From assembly GCA_044356455.1 (NCBI GenBank), contig JBIKWF010000028.1, positions 1 to 43,968 of the forward strand: a stretch of 43,968 bases of DNA, read 5' to 3'. The position numbers and the translations under genes were made by a program. Below the pieces are notes generated by a model. It ran no database searches, was not told the DNA's origin, and saw nothing but the letters and a program-made list of their open reading frames with translations. Numbering within the stretch: position 1 is the stretch's first letter; each line of letters starts with the position of its first letter. Below, in pieces: positions 8,244-16,224 of the stretch. The stretch comes from Bdellovibrionota bacterium. Its GTDB lineage: Bacteria; Bdellovibrionota_C; UBA2361; JBGSMV01.

Positions 8244-10391
8244 GTGATGTCCAATTCACCTCAATCTCGCCCTTCTTTTCAACCCGACTTGCAGGCTGGG
8301 GCTGACTTGCAAACTGGCGAGACGCCCGATCAATCCCTACCAGCCACTCTTGGAGGGCTTAACCCCAACCAGCAGAAAGCTGTCGCGCATTTTAAAGGAC
8401 CGATTCTTGTCCTTGCAGGCGCAGGCAGCGGCAAGACACGCGTTCTTACCCGCCGTATTGCGCACCTAATCCTCACCCACGGGGTTCGCCCGCAGAATAT
8501 TATTGCGGTTACCTTTACCAATAAAGCTACCGAAGAGATGCGTGCTCGGCTTAGCGCCATGCTGGGTGAAAGAGCAGAGAACCTCTGGGTTGCAACGTTT
8601 CACTCAGCAGCGCTTCGCATTCTAAGACGGAATGCTTCGCATCTTGGCTATCAAAGCGACTTTGTCGTCTACGACGACCAGGATACTAAGGGGGTCCTTA
8701 AGCAGGTTCTCAAGGACTGCAATATAGACGAGAAGAAATACTCAATTCAGGGATTCGCGCGAGCGATCGACCAAGCAAAGAACTCAGTAATTTTGCCCGA
8801 AGACTATCTCAAATGGGCATCGGGATCGGTGAAAAGCCTCGCGCAGGGAAATAGCTGGGGCGACTCACCTCGGGGCGATAATTTCATCGTTAAGCTGCAA
8901 GCCGAAGTATATAGTTTCTATCAAAAGGCCCTCTTGCGAGCCAACGCCATGGACTTTGGCGACCTCGTGATGAATGCGGTCTTGCTCTTCGAAGGCATCC
9001 CAGAGGTGCTCTCCTTTTATCAGCATCACATCCACTTTACCCTCGTCGATGAGTTCCAAGATACGAACGAAGCTCAATATCGATTTATTCGGCTTCTCAC
9101 GAAAGCAAACCGAAATTTGCTTGTGGTCGGAGACGACGACCAATCGATTTACGCCTTTCGGGGCGCGACTATTCGCAACATTCTGGAATTCGAGAAAGAC
9201 TATCCCGATACAAAGGTGGTGACCTTAGACCAGAACTATAGGTCAACAGGAAACATTCTTGAAGCCGCCTACGGAGTTATTCGCCACAACTCCGATCGTA
9301 AGGAGAAGCACCTCTGGACATCCGCACCAAAGGGCGACCTTCTCCGGCTTTTTGTTGGCGCAGACGAAATGGAGGAAGCGCGCTTTGTCGCCCAAGAGGT
9401 TAAGCGCTTTAAGGAGGCTGGTGGAACTCTCGATCAGATCGCCGTTTTTTACCGCACCAATGCGCAGTCACGTGTCCTTGAAGAAGCATTTCTTGCCGCC
9501 AAGATCCCCTATCGGATTTTTGGGGGCCTTAAGTTCTATGACCGCAAAGAAATCAAGGACATTCTGGCCTATCTAAGACTCTTCGTTAATCCCGTCGACG
9601 ATCAAGCCTTTCTTCGCACCATCAACACTCCTCCGCGTGGCATCGGTGCCACGGCAGTTCAATCAATCCAGAGACTCGCCAGCGAGAATCAGATTAGTCT
9701 TCTTGCCGCTGCGAGACTTATTGCTGCCAAGAACAAAAGCGTACGAGCTTACATAGAACTAGTAGACGAGCTTACTGCTCGCTCGAATAGTATTCTTCTT
9801 TCCGCCCTCATTCACGAGGTAGTGAACAAGACTGGCTACGGACCAAAACTAAGAGAGATGCACGACGCGACTGCTGAGTCTCGCATCGAGAACTTACTTG
9901 AGCTTGAAGCAATTGGCAGAGCCGCAGATACCTTGGCGGGCACTCCTGCAGAAACACTGAGAATGTTTCTTGACCGAGTTTCACTCACGTCCTCGGCCGA
10001 TATTCTTAATGAAGACGGCTCCGAGGCGGGACCTGTGAAGACCGTTTCTTTTATGACTCTGCACTTAGCTAAAGGACTTGAGTTCCCTCTCGTCTTTTTA
10101 ACAGGAGTTGAAGAAGGACTTCTTCCCCACTACCGCTCAATCTACGATGAAACACAACTCGAAGAGGAGCGCAGGCTCTGCTACGTAGGAATCACTCGCG
10201 CCATGCAACAGCTCTACCTCACGCGCGCACTTAGTCGCGGCATGTTCGCAAGCGGAGGAGACAGCATGGGAGGTCTCTACCGAGAGCCAAGTAGATTCTT
10301 AAGCGACATTCCACACGCTCTCACCGAACAGAGCGGACTCGAGTACGATCCTTCTGACGATGTTTGGAACCAAGATAGAGACAATTGGTAA
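8244..10391 (+). CDS. pcrA: ATP-dependent DNA helicase PcrA/UvrD
   Basis: LAGAGSGKTRVL, TFTNKA, TFHS, VDEFQDTN, VGDDDQSIYAFRGA, QNYRST, YRTNAQSR, TLHLAKGLEF, EERRLCYVGITRA. Confidence 0.95.
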   Translation: MMSNSPQSRPSFQPDLQAGADLQTGETPDQSLPATLGGLNPNQQKAVAHFKGPILVLAGAGSGKTRVLTRRIAHLILTHGVRPQNIIAVTFTNKATEEMRARLSAMLGERAENLWVATFHSAALRILRRNASHLGYQSDFVVYDDQDTKGVLKQVLKDCNIDEKKYSIQGFARAIDQAKNSVILPEDYLKWASGSVKSLAQGNSWGDSPRGDNFIVKLQAEVYSFYQKALLRANAMDFGDLVMNAVLLFEGIPEVLSFYQHHIHFTLVDEFQDTNEAQYRFIRLLTKANRNLLVVGDDDQSIYAFRGATIRNILEFEKDYPDTKVVTLDQNYRSTGNILEAAYGVIRHNSDRKEKHLWTSAPKGDLLRLFVGADEMEEARFVAQEVKRFKEAGGTLDQIAVFYRTNAQSRVLEEAFLAAKIPYRIFGGLKFYDRKEIKDILAYLRLFVNPVDDQAFLRTINTPPRGIGATAVQSIQRLASENQISLLAAARLIAAKNKSVRAYIELVDELTARSNSILLSALIHEVVNKTGYGPKLREMHDATAESRIENLLELEAIGRAADTLAGTPAETLRMFLDRVSLTSSADILNEDGSEAGPVKTVSFMTLHLAKGLEFPLVFLTGVEEGLLPHYRSIYDETQLEEERRLCYVGITRAMQQLYLTRALSRGMFASGGDSMGGLYREPSRFLSDIPHALTEQSGLEYDPSDDVWNQDRDNW

Positions 10392-10413
10392 AGTGATACC
10401 TGGTAAAGCAGAG

Positions 10414-10583
10414 GTAGGGCGCTGTGTCCTCACAGTGCCGCATCTTCCACAGCGCCGCATCTTACACAGCGCCGCATCATACATAGTGCCGCATCATCTC
10501 CCACCTCGGCACATCCGTGAGCCTTCAGAATTCCGGTGCTGACGCACTCTCATCTTTCGGCGCCCTGGGGACAGGCGCCCTAC
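10414..10583. repeat. GTAG-type REP doublet (REPIN) with expanded interior
   Basis: GTAGGGCGCTGTGTCCTCACAGTGCCG ... CGGCGCCCTGGGGACAGGCGCCCTAC; a related copy is at 18714-18777. Confidence 0.75.
10431..10498 (+). repeat. 17-bp tandem repeat x4 inside the REPIN
   Basis: cacagtgccgcatcttc / cacagcgccgcatctta / cacagcgccgcatcata / catagtgccgcatcatc. Confidence 0.9.
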
Positions 10584-10730
10584 CTAGTCTCGTGATTTAG
10601 AGGTTCTCTGAAAAGCCCAATTAACGCGAAGGACACGAAGGTCGCGAAGGTAACCATTCGAATTCCTTCGTGTCCTTCGCGTTAAAATAGCCTTACAATT
10701 CTTAAGAGAGTTTGCAAATCACCACACTAG
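10584..10730. mobile_element. Putative MITE (family B) with CTAG ends
   Basis: Left ctagtctcgtgattt versus right aaatcaccacactag (15-bp IR, 2 mismatches). No ORF; single copy in the window. Confidence 0.5.
10621..10685. repeat. 9-nt-unit palindromic repeat, inward-facing type
   Basis: ttaacgcgaaggacacgaagg (10621-10641) and ccttcgtgtccttcgcgttaa (10665-10685) form a perfect 21-bp IR. Confidence 0.85.
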
Positions 10731-10745
10731 GGATCCGTTGAAGAA

Positions 10746-11014
10746 CTAGGAGTCTGTCCCGTAAAAAATTCCTACCACTACATGTTGTGGTGGCAACGGG
10801 ACAGCCTACCTAGCCCGTATTGCTCATACGCCCTACAAGGCTCCGAACTCCCTAGAGTGCTGCAAGTAGCCCATTGCGCGGACATCTCCTCGAATAGGGG
10901 CTCAACTCGCCTTTTCATTTCGCATATTTCGGCGCAACCGCAATGCTGCGTGAAAAGGCGGCTACGGATTGTGTCCAAGACGCAGATTAATCTTTCTTCG
11001 GGACACACTCCTAG
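10746..11014. mobile_element. MITE family A, copy 1 (261 bp plus CTAG flanks)
   Basis: CTAG|GAGTCTGTCCCG ... CGGGACACACTC|CTAG; a second copy is at 29332-29600. Confidence 0.85.
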
Positions 11015-11061
11015 CTCAGAGGAAAGTCAATTTAGGGTTTTCAAGGGTGCCCTGAAGAGTT

Positions 11062-12459
11062 TCAAACAGATTGGCATCGCGCAGACTGGAGTAGATAACT
11101 CGATAAGGAGAAGAGCTCCTGCTCCACTGCGGCCAAGAATCTTTCTATACGAGTGGCTTCTGAGACCGTAACCGGAGAAGAAAGGCGATCTACCAATTTT
11201 GGAATTCGAGCAGCATGAAAGGTTCCAATGCTGAGCCGCATTGCATTTCGTGCCCGCTGCCAGCTCGCGAGAAGCTGCTCATTACCTTCAGGGTTGGAGA
11301 GCACGCACTCTGAAGATGAGTGCTCCCACCAAACTGCGATAGTTCCGAACATGTCGGCTAAGCACTTGGCTCTACCTTGGAGCTCAGTCGCAACGGCTTT
11401 AGTTTTCGACTTGGCAGAATAAGTGTCTGCAAACCGCGTCCTTACCTCATCCAATCCTGCGGAGAAGTGGCCGATGCGATCAACAAATGAAAAGGTGAGG
11501 GGAGTTAGTTGTGTCATTTTAATCCTGGAGGCCGCGCTGACTACCTGCTCCAGATCTTCTAAAGGGACCTCCTCCCGCTCAGGTAAGGTTGCTTCCAGGG
11601 GGAAGGAACCTGCCAAAGGCTCAACTTCTTCCTCGATAGCCAGTCCCATCGTAGAAACTTTTCCTCGCGCCGAATCTTGGGCATGGACATCGGGCTCATC
11701 CTCCCTAAGAGATGCCCCAGGCACGGCAATCTCTTGCTTCGAAGCGACCGGTTCATTGCCCACTACTCTCGCTGATAACTCAGGAGCCGAAAGCAACGCA
11801 GCACTAGAATCCGCCAAATCTACTCTTTTTAGGGCAGAGCCTGGCAGCGCTGGCTCCTTGTTGCTGAGAGTCCCAGCTCCGATTTTTAATGTGTCCAGAA
11901 CGCCCGCGTTCAGAACTCCGCCTAAGCTTGAAACCGGAGGAAGTGGAGTAGCCCTCAGACGAGGAGGGGCCTTGAGCGCTACGCCCCTTAAATGGGCTAA
12001 ATCAGGAAAGACCGGTCTATCTGCATCGCTAGGAGCGCCGGCTCTCGCACAAGCTTTTGTGAAACGCACGTACTGCCGCGTTGTTTCTAGATCAAGCAAT
12101 ACAACTCTTTTTGAGCCTCTTTCAAAGTAGGTAAGTTGCTCCGCTCGCAAATCGAAGGAAGAGAAATCAATCGTAGAAAGATTCTCTTCCGACAATCCAG
12201 CCTTCACGAGAAGGCTCTTTAACTTTTCCCTACTTTGCTCAAGTTCAAGTGGAGATATCGGGGAAGAGGGCGGAGCGCCCGAGCGCTCAGTGAGAGAACT
12301 CTCGCTCGCATCGCGAAGAAGTCTCGCTTTAGCTACCTCGGGATTGTTTTTGAGATAGAGTTGCCGAAGAGTTCCGGGCTTTTTCCTCTCGGCAATATCA
12401 AAGGGACTCCCAGGTTGATAGCGACTCGAGGAAGACGAACTTGGCTTGTTGTTCAACAT
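11062..12459 (-). CDS. Hypothetical protein, paralog of 12471..14027; degenerate tyrosine-recombinase-like segment plus helical C-terminal domain
   Basis: 465-aa ORF sharing blocks with its neighbour (RYxPGSPFDI..KPGTL..LYL; GLS..NL..IDFSS; FP.LAHLR; GLAIE; WWE). Confidence 0.8.
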   Translation of the reverse strand: MLNNKPSSSSSSRYQPGSPFDIAERKKPGTLRQLYLKNNPEVAKARLLRDASESSLTERSGAPPSSPISPLELEQSREKLKSLLVKAGLSEENLSTIDFSSFDLRAEQLTYFERGSKRVVLLDLETTRQYVRFTKACARAGAPSDADRPVFPDLAHLRGVALKAPPRLRATPLPPVSSLGGVLNAGVLDTLKIGAGTLSNKEPALPGSALKRVDLADSSAALLSAPELSARVVGNEPVASKQEIAVPGASLREDEPDVHAQDSARGKVSTMGLAIEEEVEPLAGSFPLEATLPEREEVPLEDLEQVVSAASRIKMTQLTPLTFSFVDRIGHFSAGLDEVRTRFADTYSAKSKTKAVATELQGRAKCLADMFGTIAVWWEHSSSECVLSNPEGNEQLLASWQRARNAMRLSIGTFHAARIPKLVDRLSSPVTVSEATRIERFLAAVEQELFSLSSYLLQSARCQSV

Positions 12460-12470
12460 GGGAATACAAC

Positions 12471-14027
12471 TCAGGGATTAACACTAATCTCAAGAGTCAT
12501 TTGAAGCGGAGCGACTAAGTACAGACAAAAGGATTCAAGTTCACGCTCTGCTGCTTCAAGCGACCTGCACACACCTTCTTGTTGAGAAGAAGAAAGGGGC
12601 GCATCGAGCCGCTTTGCCAGATTCCGGAATTTAACGATGTCAAGTATCTGTAGTTTAAGCAATAAATCGCTTCGAGCTTGCCGCCAGCCATCAGCAAGAT
12701 CCTTAGGAGAGCGGCTATCGATGGTAAGACATCCCCCTGACTTATCCTCCCACCACTTCGAAACGGCAGCGAAGCTCTGTGCTAATCCAATAGCCTTCAA
12801 CCGTAGTTCTTGAGAACAGATCCCGTTGCTATCGTGGTTAGGCCCAGGTACCTCAATAGAAGTTCTCATTGCCTCGAAGCGCGAGACAAATTTATTGACT
12901 CTAGCTAAAAAGGAGCTAGAGAGCGCAACCGGCGCTTGATGAGAAAGCTTTTCTAGCTGTTCTAGCGCCTGCGTAAGCTCAGGCGTCACGGTGCCTACCT
13001 CAGTAATTTCCGGTTCAATAGCAAGCCCAGTAGCATAGACCGCAGGAGAAGCTGCTCGAGAAAATGAGCGAGGCCGAGGGGGTGCTCTCCTCTTTTTAGG
13101 TTTTTCAGCTAATGGCGCTGGTTCTGAATTCGCAGTCGCGTCACCCTGCTCACCTATGGGCTCACCTGAGGTACTCGAAATATTTGCGGAGTTAGGTGCC
13201 ATCTCTCGGGATGGGGAAGACGGCTCCTGGTTCGCCGTGGGGCTGGTCTCTTCTACCTGCACAGGGGAATCAGTCTGTGCGATAGTGGCAGTTAAAAATT
13301 CCTGGGCAGCTCGCTCAGATAACCCCGCAGTTTGAAGCTCATCAGTGCTAAATTCCGCTGGAGCGCCTTCTTCAAGAGGGGCGCCAGCAGTAGTGGCCGC
13401 TAAAGGAGAATCTTCAGTAGAGGGTGATTCTCCACTACTTGCCCCGCCTTTAGTGCTTTCATCCGTTTCGGGATCTGGAGTCTGAAAAGAATCACTAGAC
13501 GGATAGAATGAAGAGGCCCTACGCATCGAGGAAGGGGAAACCGCTAACCTTCTGAGGTGTGCGAGAGCGGGGAAAATTAGGCTATCTGCATCCCGGGAAG
13601 CGCCTTCACTTACACATGCCCGATCGAAGATTCTAAAGGATTCGATCAGGCCAGCACTTAGGGGCAGAGACTTCCTCGATCCACCATCGAAATAAGCAAC
13701 TCTACGTTCGCGTATCTTAACCGAGGAGAAATCAATAGATGCGAGATTCGCGTCCGAAAGGCCCTCCCTATTGAGAGCCGTCTTAAAAGTTTCCCTAGCC
13801 ACTTCAAGAGAGGGAGCTATCTGCACAAACTCTTGAAGAGGCAGACGTACCGGGTGATCCCGAGGCTTTTCTATTCGAGGCAGAGTTCCGCCGACAAGTT
13901 GTTGGTTTCTGCGCAAATAAAGTTCGCCAAGGGTGCCCGGCTTACTCTTCTCTACAATATCAAACGGACTTCCAGGTTCGTAGCGATACGGATGCCGTAA
14001 AGACGAATTCTTTTTACTATGCAACAT
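12471..14027 (-). CDS. Hypothetical protein, paralog of 11062..12459
   Basis: 518-aa ORF with the same conserved blocks and a longer S/E/P-rich linker. Confidence 0.8.
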   Translation of the reverse strand: MLHSKKNSSLRHPYRYEPGSPFDIVEKSKPGTLGELYLRRNQQLVGGTLPRIEKPRDHPVRLPLQEFVQIAPSLEVARETFKTALNREGLSDANLASIDFSSVKIRERRVAYFDGGSRKSLPLSAGLIESFRIFDRACVSEGASRDADSLIFPALAHLRRLAVSPSSMRRASSFYPSSDSFQTPDPETDESTKGGASSGESPSTEDSPLAATTAGAPLEEGAPAEFSTDELQTAGLSERAAQEFLTATIAQTDSPVQVEETSPTANQEPSSPSREMAPNSANISSTSGEPIGEQGDATANSEPAPLAEKPKKRRAPPRPRSFSRAASPAVYATGLAIEPEITEVGTVTPELTQALEQLEKLSHQAPVALSSSFLARVNKFVSRFEAMRTSIEVPGPNHDSNGICSQELRLKAIGLAQSFAAVSKWWEDKSGGCLTIDSRSPKDLADGWRQARSDLLLKLQILDIVKFRNLAKRLDAPLSSSQQEGVCRSLEAAERELESFCLYLVAPLQMTLEISVNP

Positions 14028-14184
14028 GGGAAAACTACCCCAGTGATTTCAAGTAGAGGACAGCGAGAGGCTATCCTACTTTCGGCCACTGAAACAAATG
14101 AGCTAACCTATCGAAATCATAGGCCGCCCCGCTCTCCGACCTCTCGCCTTAGCTGCTCGGGCTCGGGGTGCAGGTCAACTCTGT

Positions 14185-16071
14185 ATGTCAGTTTCTCTTT
14201 GCGCTAGTCTCCGCGAGATGTTGTCGACTGGTAGTTCTGGTTTCGGCCCTCTACGATTTCCAACCTCTGAGGATGGAGGCTCTAGCAACGTCCCAAGCGA
14301 GAAGCCGCTCGCTAACTATAATGAGCGCTACAACTCTTACCTTAAATCTCTCGCCCAATGGGCAGAGGCCGCTCGGCTTAATCGCAAATATTCCGATGCA
14401 ATGGACGCAGCCGCCGAGGTTCTGGGCGAACTTGGGTTTTCGTCATCCAAGGAAATTCTTGAAGTACCAGCAGCGGAAGTCTCTGCAAAGATACCTCATT
14501 CTCTTCGCCCTGCTGCCGGTCTCGCTCTCTTTGTTGTTTCAAGACAGTCCTGGACCAGGAGCAAGGAACTAGAGCACGTCCCCGCAGAAGCAGCATCTCT
14601 TCGCGAGCGCACGTACAAACTTCTTGCATTGGCCTGCGAGCTTGATCCCTCGAGCACTGAAAACCAACGCGCATTTCAAAATATAGCTTTTGAGTGCCGC
14701 CGCAGCATTTCGGACTATCAAGGCGCGAGCAGAAATGCCACTTCCAAGACAGCAACTTCCAAGACAGGCGCGGCCGATAAACCGATAGATCTTCTTACCC
14801 AAGGAGCCCTGGACTCTGTAAAGCGCTTTCTTACTGAACGCTTTAAGCTAAGGCTTCAAACCTTTGACTGGATTAGCTCCCACATGTCGGAGGAGGAGAG
14901 GGAGACTCTCAGCTGGGCCCTTGAACAGGCTGCAACGCTTGCGCACGCACGCGCCACTTCTCTGGTGCACCGAGACATTCAAAGATCTGCCAGTTATACC
15001 GGACAGGTGATGGAATACGGTCTGGGATGTTTCCGAAGTTTGGGACTCACCACTGAGCCGCGCAAGTTTAAGGATATTCACCCTCATGCGTTAGCCCGCC
15101 AGGGAGCTGATCAGGCGCGCATCAAGCGAATTATGCGCGTCGCCCGAATACTTTCCACAGCCTACCTAGCGCAGCGTGAGTTCACTGCTAGGGACGCCGC
15201 AGACAACTTAGCCGAACGAGCTGGAGAAGCGGAAGGCTCTGCACCGCAGAGCTCACGCCACATGCCGACAATTCCTGTGCTTGGCGAGAGACCTAGAAAG
15301 CCCGAGAGGCCTAAAACGTCAAGCACTGAGCCTCCCGCAGATACCACTGTGCTATCTCAAAAGCCCACAGTCCCGGCAGCTACCAGAGCGAGCAACGAAC
15401 CGACCCCGAACAATCCTCCTCAAGCCAATTCTCCCCAAGGCGCAGCTACAGAACACGGCGCTGCAAGAACTGGATACGAGGGGCTTCTAGTTCCCCCTGC
15501 GCACTCTCAGCCGCAAGCTGTCTCTGCAGCGCGCTCGCCAGCAACACCTATCGGCAAGAGCCGCTCAGAAATAACGGTTAATCACAAAGATTGGGCAGCT
15601 CTCCGCAAGGACATTGCCGAGTCACAGCCCTTCAACCTTGGAAGCGTTATCCTTAACGCATGCACCACACAATTTACCGTAGGCTCCGGGGGTAAGCTTG
15701 AGTATGCCTTTAAGAAGCATGGTTTATTTTCTCCGATTCCTTTTACCGAGGCCCTCAAGGAGTGCGCGCTAGACCTCGACATACTAAGGCGTGGAGGAGT
15801 GGCTGCGGCGAATCTTTTTATTGAGGAATATGGGGTTCTTTTTAGCGAAATGACCCAGGACCCGATTGCTCTCATACGACTTCAAGTTACCATGAGCTTT
15901 ATCAAGACGCGGAATCTTGTAAGCGATGAAAGGGCCGAGCAATTTCGAGGGCTGGCAACTGAATGTAATAAGGCCATCGTGGCTCTGGAACTGCGCCGCG
16001 ACCACAACACTGCGCAGAAAGTATTTGGTCCAATTGTTAGTGCGGCAATTGATGGAAGGCTGCGATCTTAG
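14185..16071 (+). CDS. Hypothetical protein: helical (possibly TPR-like) N-half, P/T/A-rich linker, helical C-domain
   Basis: 628-aa ORF; ALACELDPSSTENQRAF resembles a TPR end. The start may be the ATG at 14218. Confidence 0.7.
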   Translation: MSVSLCASLREMLSTGSSGFGPLRFPTSEDGGSSNVPSEKPLANYNERYNSYLKSLAQWAEAARLNRKYSDAMDAAAEVLGELGFSSSKEILEVPAAEVSAKIPHSLRPAAGLALFVVSRQSWTRSKELEHVPAEAASLRERTYKLLALACELDPSSTENQRAFQNIAFECRRSISDYQGASRNATSKTATSKTGAADKPIDLLTQGALDSVKRFLTERFKLRLQTFDWISSHMSEEERETLSWALEQAATLAHARATSLVHRDIQRSASYTGQVMEYGLGCFRSLGLTTEPRKFKDIHPHALARQGADQARIKRIMRVARILSTAYLAQREFTARDAADNLAERAGEAEGSAPQSSRHMPTIPVLGERPRKPERPKTSSTEPPADTTVLSQKPTVPAATRASNEPTPNNPPQANSPQGAATEHGAARTGYEGLLVPPAHSQPQAVSAARSPATPIGKSRSEITVNHKDWAALRKDIAESQPFNLGSVILNACTTQFTVGSGGKLEYAFKKHGLFSPIPFTEALKECALDLDILRRGGVAAANLFIEEYGVLFSEMTQDPIALIRLQVTMSFIKTRNLVSDERAEQFRGLATECNKAIVALELRRDHNTAQKVFGPIVSAAIDGRLRS

Positions 16072-16107
16072 ACTGCCGCGGTTTTTTGGTTGAATACTTC
16101 TTAAAAC

Positions 16108-16136
16108 AACCACGAAGAGCATAAAGACCACGAAGG
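16108..16136 (+). repeat. Solo arm of the 9-nt-unit repeat
   Basis: a-accacgaag-agcataaag-accacgaag-g; no clear partner arm. Confidence 0.55.
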
Positions 16137-16224
16137 AGGACTTTTCAGGTTCTCCGAAGGACAAAGTCCTTTAGCAAATATTTGCTCAACTCAAGCCCCA
16201 TCTTGTAGCCTTGCCCCACGCACC

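Noticed and set aside
10431..10498. CRISPR array
   Set aside because: The units are contiguous 17-mers with no unique spacers, and no cas genes are in the window
10782..11171. 129-aa ORF MLWWQRDS... and the matching N-terminus of ORF 29368..30012, an apparent protein family
   Set aside because: The similarity comes from the duplicated MITE. The 214-aa ORF is a chance fusion of MITE sequence to the GxxExxY C-terminal frame.
11423..12130. 235-aa plus-strand ORF
   Set aside because: Antisense to the paralog-supported ORF 11062..12459
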